DNA of 45,060 nt from Fidelibacterota bacterium (GTDB lineage: Bacteria; Fidelibacterota; Marinisomatia; Marinisomatales; J089): positions 1 through 45,060 of the forward strand of contig RFIZ01000017.1 of NCBI GenBank assembly GCA_003695105.1, given 5' to 3'. The notes below the pieces were generated by a model that searched no databases, was not told the DNA's origin, and was given only the letters and a program-made list of their open reading frames with translations. Shown here one piece after another: positions 35,050-42,413 of this stretch; positions within the stretch are counted from its first letter, which is position 1, and the number at the start of each line of letters is the position of its first letter. A program made the translations under genes and the position numbers.

Positions 35050-37659
35050 TTATTTCATCAGTATCATCTTTTTCGTCTGGACGAAATCACCGGCGCGCAA
35101 CTGATAGAAATACACTCCGGAAGCTGCCTGGGAACCATTCCATTTCACGGTGTAGGTGCCCGCCTTCTGGACATGATTCACCAGTTGATCCACTTCCTGT
35201 CCCATCAGGTTGTAGATGGTGAGAGTGACCTCTCCCGCCCGGGGAACCACATACTCGATACTGGTGGTCGGGTTAAAGGGGTTCGGGTAGTTGTTCCGCA
35301 GGGCGTACTGTTGCGGCTGGAGCGTTTCATTGCCCGTGGAAAGAGCCACGTCAGTCGTATCTCCGATCCAGGTGTAGGCCCATTCTTCCGGCGTCTGCCA
35401 CTGATGGTCCGTGCTGAACGAGGAGAAACCGACATTTCCTTCCCAACCGGCGCCGTCGTTGTCATGGAAGTACAGGTCGATCGGAACCCGCATGCCATTC
35501 TGAGGATGGAAACGTGGATCACCTCCGGCGGCGGCAATGGCATCCAGGGGTACGCGCACTTCGAAGACGTAGTCCGGATTGAATCCTTCGAAGTAATAGT
35601 CGGCGGAATCCGGAGTGTAGAGGGCGTATCCACCCGGATTATCGAACTGGAAGACCTGTTCATTGGCATACATGATGTAGTCCGGTTCATCGCCCCGCAG
35701 GATGGAGGTGTGTTTGGGACCGCGCCAGTCATAGAGACCGATGAAGAGCTGGAAGGCATCCTGGTCCCACCAGTTTCCGGCGCCAAAGGAATAAACATTA
35801 TCCACAACATCTCCGGCCAGATAGAGATAGTCATCATCGATGGCCATAAATACCGTTCCGGTCAGGTCATTGTCATCATCCACCGATCCCACGGGAACAA
35901 ATCCGTTGGAAGGCGAGATGGTGAAGGGCATGATGCCGCTGCTGTACCATTCGGTCAAATCGCCATCGGCGGCAAAGGAAGCCGGAGGATTGAGGGAAAT
36001 GGTGGGAATGCCCCGGGCCGTATTGGTCACGGGAGAGGCCGAAACGCCCGGCTCACTCACATTGGCAAATTCATCGGCACAGGTCACGGCATAGTAGTAG
36101 GTGAGGTCGGTATCCACCAGTGGATAATTCAACCAGTGGATGACGGTCTGAATATCTTCACCCACACCCGATTCCACCAGTTCCACACCCGGCGCCGACA
36201 CATCGGTGATGGGAGACTGACTGGCATAGACATTATACGTCTCTCCCGATTCTCCGGGTACGTCCTGCCAGATCACCAGGTTGTAGTAGGTGCCTACCAC
36301 GCCGGACACACCCTGAGGCGGAGCCGGAGCTTCCACATCGATGGCCAGCGGCATGGTGGCAATTTCATCCAGATCGATCGTCTGGTTTACGGCCGCGGTA
36401 CTGGCAATCAGCATTTTAAAGAATTTCACCCGGGAAGAGTCCATTTCACCGGGACGCATGCCCGTGCCGTCCCAGCCGCCGCTGAAACGGTCAAAACTGG
36501 ACAGGGGAATTTTGACTTCTTTCCAGGTTCCGTCATAGCCCACTTCCGTTTCGGTCAGGGTGTAGGCGGCTTCGAATTCGGAATCGGGGGTGTCATCAGC
36601 ACCGTCGCCGTCATTATCCACAAAGCCGTCGTCATCCGGATCGGCGAGGACCAGTTTCAGATCGCCAATCCCGGCCGGGGCCTTGATCTTGAACTGGAGA
36701 CTGTCATGGGACCAGCTGTACCAGAGATTCTGGGGCGCATCCAGCGTGAACACCAGCCCGTCCCAGACGGCCCAGTCATTCGGGGGTGTATGCCAGCGAA
36801 GGGCATTGGTATTGGGCGTATAGCCGGCGCCTTCAACGATTTCATAACTGCCGCCGCCCCAGCCGGCCCAGAGGTCGACATTGGAAGGAATAGCCATACT
36901 GTTGAAAAACACCAGCGGTACCGAAGATCCCCCGGTGGCTTCCAGGTCATCCAAAACAATGGTTCCCTGGGAATAGTCCCCTTCACCGGCACCATTGATG
37001 GAGAATTCGATGGAAAAACCTTTGATCTTATCCTTGTCCAGTTGGCCATTGCCCTGTATCCCGGCCCAGCCGGTGTGATTGAACCCTTCGCCGCCCCAGT
37101 AATCGCCGGCCTCGAGGGGTATGGCGATCCGGTGCCAGCCGGGGGCATCATCCAGAATGTAATGGAAGGAATAGTAGTATTCGACTTCATTCACATCGTA
37201 GGTGGCATTTCCGTTGGGGGAATCGCTCACTTCCTGGAGATTGAAGCGTAAATGCGTGCGGGTCGGCAGGGATTGGGGAACGGCATTGTAGTACCAGAAA
37301 GAAATGGTGTCATAGGCCGACAGGTCATAGACACCATTGCTGTCCGGATTCCAGTGCTCCAGTTTGGAATAGCCGCCCCAACTTTCCGTGTTGTGCGCAC
37401 TCCAATCCAGTTGCATGGCTCCCGTACCTTCATGCACCGGGCTGGAGACATAGGTGGGTATCACCCAGCCGTAGGCTGAATCGGCATGATCGCTGGTATT
37501 GTAATGGGCGCCGAAAGTACTGACACAGCAATTCACTGAATCAAACCAGGCCCAGTAATTCGTATCTGCGGGAGCCGAATCGAAGGAATTCCAGACATAT
37601 TGGCTGTATCCAAGCGAGAGCATGAATACGGTAGCCAAGATGGGTAACCTTGATTTCAT
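35050..37659 (-). CDS. Multi-domain surface glycan-binding-type protein: two CBM-like beta-sandwich modules + FN3 + CBM9-like module + T9SS CTD
   Basis: 869 aa with a signal peptide. Trp/Tyr/Gly-rich beta-sandwich-like N-terminal repeats. FN3-like PAPPQGVSGV...YNVYAS...YYYAVTCADEFANVSEPG. CBM9-like GTVFMAIDDDYLYLAGDVVDN...WWDQDAFQLFIG...LYFHDNDG. CTD NNYPNPFNPTTSIEYVV...GVYFYQLRA. AAGGAGGAAG lies 5 nt upstream of the ATG. Confidence 0.6.
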   Translation of the reverse strand: MKSRLPILATVFMLSLGYSQYVWNSFDSAPADTNYWAWFDSVNCCVSTFGAHYNTSDHADSAYGWVIPTYVSSPVHEGTGAMQLDWSAHNTESWGGYSKLEHWNPDSNGVYDLSAYDTISFWYYNAVPQSLPTRTHLRFNLQEVSDSPNGNATYDVNEVEYYYSFHYILDDAPGWHRIAIPLEAGDYWGGEGFNHTGWAGIQGNGQLDKDKIKGFSIEFSINGAGEGDYSQGTIVLDDLEATGGSSVPLVFFNSMAIPSNVDLWAGWGGGSYEIVEGAGYTPNTNALRWHTPPNDWAVWDGLVFTLDAPQNLWYSWSHDSLQFKIKAPAGIGDLKLVLADPDDDGFVDNDGDGADDTPDSEFEAAYTLTETEVGYDGTWKEVKIPLSSFDRFSGGWDGTGMRPGEMDSSRVKFFKMLIASTAAVNQTIDLDEIATMPLAIDVEAPAPPQGVSGVVGTYYNLVIWQDVPGESGETYNVYASQSPITDVSAPGVELVESGVGEDIQTVIHWLNYPLVDTDLTYYYAVTCADEFANVSEPGVSASPVTNTARGIPTISLNPPASFAADGDLTEWYSSGIMPFTISPSNGFVPVGSVDDDNDLTGTVFMAIDDDYLYLAGDVVDNVYSFGAGNWWDQDAFQLFIGLYDWRGPKHTSILRGDEPDYIMYANEQVFQFDNPGGYALYTPDSADYYFEGFNPDYVFEVRVPLDAIAAAGGDPRFHPQNGMRVPIDLYFHDNDGAGWEGNVGFSSFSTDHQWQTPEEWAYTWIGDTTDVALSTGNETLQPQQYALRNNYPNPFNPTTSIEYVVPRAGEVTLTIYNLMGQEVDQLVNHVQKAGTYTVKWNGSQAASGVYFYQLRAGDFVQTKKMILMK

Positions 37660-37682
37660 GTCTTCCTCCTTACGTTAATCAA

Positions 37683-39308
37683 TCAGAAGAATCGGATCCA
37701 TAATCCGATAATGGTTGCGGCCAGGATGACCGAGGCCCAAATGTTTATTTTGGTCCACACGGGGGATTTTTCTCCCATTTTCACCGCCAGTTCGGACTGG
37801 AGATCCTGAGCGGTGGCAAAGGTGAGTCCGGCGATTTGATCGCGGTCCGGTTCTTCACTCATCAGACTGACGACCACCAAAACGATTGTGGACACGAGAA
37901 ACAGGAAGAAAGCAAAATGTAAAAAATTCATGGAAGCATAGCCAGTCATAAATCCGAGATCGACTCCGTTTTTCTTGGAAACGATTTCCAGGATCAGCCG
38001 CAATGCTCCCAGAACGGCGCCAATCACCAGGGAATAGATGGCTCCTTTGCCGTTCACCCGCTTCCAGAACACCCCCAGGATGAAGACCGCCGCGATGGGG
38101 GGACTGATATAAGCTTGAACGCTTTGGAGATAAACGAAGAGCTGGGAAGAAATACTGCTGATGAGCGGGACCCAAAGAATCCCGAAAATGACCAGAACCG
38201 TGGTGGCCAGGCGTCCCACCAGCACCAGTTCCCGTTCGGACGCCTGGGGTTTAAAATGTTTGTAAAAATCCATGGTGAACAGGGTCGAACTGCTGTTGAA
38301 ACAGCTGGCCAGGGAAGACATGAGCGCCGCCAGGAGCGATGCAATGACCATGCCCTTGATGCCGATCGGCAGCAAATGACTGGATACCAGTCGCGGGTAG
38401 GCTTCATCGCCTTTGATGTCCGGAAACATGGCCACCGCAATCAGACCGGGCAGCACCAAAATAAACACCGGCAGAATTTTCAAAAAGCCGGCGAATATGG
38501 CGCCCGACTGGGCATGATTGACATTTTTGGCGCTCAGCACCCGCTGAACAATGAACTGGTCGGTACACCAGTACCAGATGCCCAGGATCGGCGCACCGAA
38601 GATGATGCCCGTCCAGGGAAAGTCCGGATGGTTGGCCGGTTTGAACATACTGAAGAAATCAGCCGGTAATTTGGCCTCCAATCCGCTGAAACCGCCCACT
38701 TCCCGCAACCCCAGGGTGGTCAACAATACGGCACCGAAAATCAGGACCACGGTTTGAATCAACTCGGTATAGATCACGGCGCTGAGTCCGCCGGCAATGG
38801 TATAGAGCCCGGTAATGATCACCAGAATGATGGCCGAGGTGATGATATCCCATCCCAGGATGGTGTGCAGGAGGAGTCCCCCGGCCAGGAGAGTGACAGA
38901 GATTTTGGTCAACACATAGGCCACGATGGAAACGGAGGTAAGGTACATCCGGCTGGAGGCATTGTAGCGTCGTTCCAGAAATTCGGGCATGGTAAACACA
39001 CCCGACTTCAGGTAAAAAGGCACAAACACCCAGGCCAGAATCATGACGATGAAAGCCGCCAGCCATTCAAAATGCCCTACGGCCAGTCCACTGGTTGCCC
39101 CGGAGCCGGCCAACCCGATGAAATGTTCGGAGGAGATGTTGGATGCAAACAGGGAAGCGCCGATCGCCACCCACCCCACATTCCGACCGGCCAGAAAGTA
39201 TTCCGTACTGGTATTTCCCCGTTTGGCGAAATAAAAGCCAATGCCCAGCACCAACAGGAAATAGGCCACAATCACCACACCATCTAAAGGGGCTATGTTT
39301 TGAAACAT
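37683..39308 (-). CDS. Sodium:solute symporter (SSS family, SGLT-type sugar transporter)
   Basis: 541 aa, multi-TM. N-terminus GVVIVAYFLLVLGIGFYFAKRGNTSTEYFLAGRNVGWVAIGASLFASNISSEHFIGLAGSG is typical of SGLT/SSS transporters. AAGGAG lies 8 nt upstream of the ATG. Confidence 0.9.
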   Translation of the reverse strand: MFQNIAPLDGVVIVAYFLLVLGIGFYFAKRGNTSTEYFLAGRNVGWVAIGASLFASNISSEHFIGLAGSGATSGLAVGHFEWLAAFIVMILAWVFVPFYLKSGVFTMPEFLERRYNASSRMYLTSVSIVAYVLTKISVTLLAGGLLLHTILGWDIITSAIILVIITGLYTIAGGLSAVIYTELIQTVVLIFGAVLLTTLGLREVGGFSGLEAKLPADFFSMFKPANHPDFPWTGIIFGAPILGIWYWCTDQFIVQRVLSAKNVNHAQSGAIFAGFLKILPVFILVLPGLIAVAMFPDIKGDEAYPRLVSSHLLPIGIKGMVIASLLAALMSSLASCFNSSSTLFTMDFYKHFKPQASERELVLVGRLATTVLVIFGILWVPLISSISSQLFVYLQSVQAYISPPIAAVFILGVFWKRVNGKGAIYSLVIGAVLGALRLILEIVSKKNGVDLGFMTGYASMNFLHFAFFLFLVSTIVLVVVSLMSEEPDRDQIAGLTFATAQDLQSELAVKMGEKSPVWTKINIWASVILAATIIGLWIRFF

Positions 39309-39354
39309 GAATGCTCTCCTTCTTACCTCTGCTCGTACTTCATCTCCCCGTCAG

Positions 39355-39371
39355 AAGCAAACATCAAGCCA
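39355..39371 (-). promoter_or_regulatory. Sigma-54 (-24/-12) promoter for the SGLT-to-GH5 operon
   Basis: Minus-strand sequence TGGCTTGATGTTTGCTT, i.e. TGGC-N7-TTGC with exact consensus spacing (TGGCAC-N5-TTGC). The GC of the -12 element is 49 nt upstream of the ATG at 39308. A sigma-54 enhancer-binding protein is encoded next door. Confidence 0.75.
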
Positions 39372-39426
39372 AAAGGAGTTTGGTCTCCGATCTGATGCTG
39401 CTCTCTCCCTTTTCCCGACAAGAACC

Positions 39427-39456
39427 ACCGGCGGGAAGCAGGCGGAGGCCGCCGGT
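39427..39456. repeat. Inverted repeat ACCGGCGG-N14-CCGCCGGT (terminator of the regulatory operon or protein-binding site)
   Basis: 8-bp perfect arms, hand-checked. An alternative inner hairpin GGCGG-AGG-CCGCC (39441-39453) competes for the right arm. Lies between the response-regulator stop and the sigma-54 promoter. Confidence 0.3.
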
Positions 39457-39471
39457 CCTTTCAGGCGGAAT

Positions 39472-39486
39472 TTATCATTTTGATAA
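39472..39486. promoter_or_regulatory. Candidate upstream activator site: palindrome TTATCA-TTT-TGATAA
   Basis: Perfect 6+6 palindrome about 110 nt upstream of the -24 GG of the 39355-39371 promoter. The same half-sites and spacing recur at 43752-43766. Confidence 0.6.
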
Positions 39487-39508
39487 TAACCGTTATAGAA
39501 ACGATAAG

Positions 39509-40957
39509 CTACTTCAGGGACAAATCTTTACACATGCGATGAAAATTGGAGGGAGCCAGGTTCAGTTTCTGAGCTGCTTCTGCGTCCGTCCGGCACTGGG
39601 AACGGACGTAGCGAAAATACGCCCGCCTGAATTTTCGGTCGGCTTCCTTCCAGGGCAGGATCTCCGCCGATTTCAGCAGTCCTCCGAAATCCGGATCAGG
39701 GGTTGATTTGGTCAGGGTGAGCACCCGCCGGACATCCTCTTCCCGAATGGTATCCGGAGCGATGATGATCAGGCGCTGGGCGATGTTTTTCAATTGACGC
39801 ACATTGCCGGGCCAGTCGTGTGTACTCAAGAGATCCAGCGCGCTCTGGCCCACTCGCGGCGGAATACGATTTTCTTCCCCGGCGAAATGATGGAGAAAAT
39901 AGGTCAACAACTCCGGAATGTCCTCCCGGTGTTCCCGGAGAGGAGGAGTCTTGATTTGCAAAATGTTCAGCCGATAAAACAGGTCTTCCCGGAACTGACC
40001 TTTGGCTACCCGTTTCCGAATATTCCGGTTGGTGGCGGCCAAAACCCGCAGGGAGACACGATAGGATTTGTTCCGGCCGATTTTATCGATTTCACCGGTT
40101 TCCAGAACCCGGAGCAGTTTGGCCTGGGCCGGAAGGGGTAGTTCGCAGATTTCATCCAGAAAAATTGTTCCGCCGTTGGCCTGTTCAAACAATCCTTTCT
40201 TGCCATCCCGGGCGCCGGTGAACGATCCCCGGACGAAGCCGAACAGTTCGCTCTCGATCAAATCCTTGGGAATGGCAGCACAGTTCACCGGAACGAAATT
40301 TTCATACTTGCGGGGGCTGTTGTAATGGAGGTGCAAGGCCACCAGTTCCTTTCCGGTTCCGCTTTCCCCGGTGATCAGCACATTGGCGGAGGCATGAGCG
40401 TACCGGGCGATGGCTTCCCGCAGATCGATCATCACGGACGATTGTCCCAGGAGGGGACGATCCTGGAGGATGGTCACAATCTTCCGATCGAATTTTCCCT
40501 GGGAGCGCCGCAGGCGTAATTCGGATTGACGCTGATTGTAGGCGTTCAGAATCAGCAGATTGAAATCGGTGGGTTGATAAATATAGTCTTCGATGTCGGC
40601 CGGATATTTGGTCCCGAACCAGTAGGCCCCCGTCTGAATCAGTTCGTTGGCAAACTGGATATTGCTTTTGTTGATCGTGCGTTTGGTGATGATAATGATC
40701 TTCAGGGTGGGATCGATGGCATGGATTTCCCGGATCAGGGCTTCCCCATACAATCCTCCGGAAATCTGGTAGTCCATTATGATGACATCACAGGCATGGT
40801 TCCGCTCCCGGAGAAATTCCAGGGCATCTTTCCCGTTGGAGACCACCGTTTCGACGGTGATGGTATCCCGGAACGGTTCTACGGTCCGCAAGATGCGTTG
40901 CACATCGTATTCTTCATCCTCGATGACCAAAACTTTAATTTCCATCACGTTCCTCAT
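39509..40957 (-). CDS. Sigma-54-dependent response regulator (NtrC family: receiver + AAA+ + Fis-type HTH)
   Basis: Receiver IKVLVIEDEE...DVIIMDYQISG. Walker A ITGESGTGKE, sigma-54 contact loop GSFTGA (GAFTGA variant), Walker B IFLDEI, WPGNVRQL. C-terminal HTH AEAAQKLNLAPSNFHRMCKDL. The start could be the second Met (40945). Confidence 0.92.
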   Translation of the reverse strand: MRNVMEIKVLVIEDEEYDVQRILRTVEPFRDTITVETVVSNGKDALEFLRERNHACDVIIMDYQISGGLYGEALIREIHAIDPTLKIIIITKRTINKSNIQFANELIQTGAYWFGTKYPADIEDYIYQPTDFNLLILNAYNQRQSELRLRRSQGKFDRKIVTILQDRPLLGQSSVMIDLREAIARYAHASANVLITGESGTGKELVALHLHYNSPRKYENFVPVNCAAIPKDLIESELFGFVRGSFTGARDGKKGLFEQANGGTIFLDEICELPLPAQAKLLRVLETGEIDKIGRNKSYRVSLRVLAATNRNIRKRVAKGQFREDLFYRLNILQIKTPPLREHREDIPELLTYFLHHFAGEENRIPPRVGQSALDLLSTHDWPGNVRQLKNIAQRLIIIAPDTIREEDVRRVLTLTKSTPDPDFGGLLKSAEILPWKEADRKFRRAYFRYVRSQCRTDAEAAQKLNLAPSNFHRMCKDLSLK

Positions 40958-42413
40958 AGGTTACATCGGTCAGGGTGATATGGAATCGGGCACCTCCCTC
41001 CGATAAATTTTCCGCTTCCAGGCGCCATCCGCAGCGTCGGGAATACTCATAGGCAATGTAACAACCGTACCCGGCCGTTTGCTTGTCCGCTTTGGTGGTT
41101 TCGTGTTCCTGAAACACCACCTGCCGCCCCCCCTTCCATTGGAGCAGATACTCCGGAAATCCCCGGCCGTCATCACGGATGAAGATCTCTCCCTGACCGG
41201 TGTCGGACTGGAAATGGGTCTGAATCACGATTCGCAGGGTACGGTCCGGATTGTGGTCGATACTGTTTTGAATCAAGGGTTCCAGAATACCCCAGATCAC
41301 ATATTCGTTCACCGGCACGATGAGCGGTTTTTCCGTCAGGTCCAAATCGATGGACAATTCCCGATTGGGCCGGGACACCCGGAGAAAAATCGCCTCCACC
41401 AGAAAGCGGATCACTTCATTGACGTCCGTGTGAAACAAGGGGCCGCGAATGATTTCCATGGGAGGTTCCACCGATTTCATATCGTAAATCACCCGGGCAA
41501 TGAAATTGGCATATTTCGTGATCCGGTATCGGATCTTGTCCAGATTGTCCGCCCTAAGCAGGCGCAGATCTTCCTTCACGAAACCCATGATTTTTTCGGC
41601 TTTGTGGTGGGCGTGATAGATCCGTTGGGTGAAATGCGCTTCTTTCTGGTGTTCGATCTGGGTTCGCAATTGGCGTTCCCGTTCCCGAAAGAGGGCTTCC
41701 TGGGCCCGGTCCCGTTCCTGAACCGAATAGTTGGAGATGTACAGCATGGCCAGAAGTCCCATCAGGACCAAGGCGGAAAAAAGGCCGGCCACTTCGTCAT
41801 AGGAAAAGTTGATCTGCCGGGTGATTTCACTCATGTCCGGCGCAATCCGCATATAAATTGCGCCCCGGAATTCCCCCTGGGGTACGAAGGGGACCAGTAC
41901 ATGAAAAGTAAATTCCTTTTCCAGCAGACTGTACAGGCGCTCTTCGGCTTTGACCCGATCGTAATACAATCGGTACAGGCGCAGGGCATCGGGATGGGCC
42001 CCGTGGGCCGATTCGTCATATTGTCCCCGGAAAAAATATTCGTATACAGCCTGCCCGTCGTCGAACTGGAGCACCCGACCCCTGGCCGGCATGAGAATCA
42101 CAATCTCCTCCACGTTCTTCTGGAGGGATTGTTGACTCAACATGATATTGAACTTCTGAATGACGGCTCGTTCTTCCACGGAACTGGCCGGGGGCTGGGC
42201 CAGACTCTGTTCCAGTAACAGTTCGATTGAGGTGGCCGTCAGATCAGCAATCCGTTCCACCGAATCCCGACGATATACATCCAGCGTCTGGGAAAGGAGA
42301 TTGGAGGTGGAAGTGGAATGAATGAAAGAAATAAAGATCTGGGAAAACACCAGTACGATGAACAATATCATCAGATGTTTGGTTTCGAAACGGAACGGGG
42401 GCCTGCGGGTCAC
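40935..42413 (-). CDS. Sensor histidine kinase with a periplasmic/extracytoplasmic sensor domain between two TM helices
   Basis: TM1 HLMILFIVLVFSQIFISFI, an approximately 170-aa extracytoplasmic region, then TM2 LFSALVLMGLLAMLYISNY. His-rich dimerisation region RIYHAHHKAEKIMGF. HATPase_c motifs EPLIQNSIDHN, IRDDGRGF, GYGCYIAYEY. GTG start at 42413 overlaps the SBP stop (GTGA). Confidence 0.8.
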   Translation of the reverse strand: MTRRPPFRFETKHLMILFIVLVFSQIFISFIHSTSTSNLLSQTLDVYRRDSVERIADLTATSIELLLEQSLAQPPASSVEERAVIQKFNIMLSQQSLQKNVEEIVILMPARGRVLQFDDGQAVYEYFFRGQYDESAHGAHPDALRLYRLYYDRVKAEERLYSLLEKEFTFHVLVPFVPQGEFRGAIYMRIAPDMSEITRQINFSYDEVAGLFSALVLMGLLAMLYISNYSVQERDRAQEALFRERERQLRTQIEHQKEAHFTQRIYHAHHKAEKIMGFVKEDLRLLRADNLDKIRYRITKYANFIARVIYDMKSVEPPMEIIRGPLFHTDVNEVIRFLVEAIFLRVSRPNRELSIDLDLTEKPLIVPVNEYVIWGILEPLIQNSIDHNPDRTLRIVIQTHFQSDTGQGEIFIRDDGRGFPEYLLQWKGGRQVVFQEHETTKADKQTAGYGCYIAYEYSRRCGWRLEAENLSEGGARFHITLTDVTYEERDGN

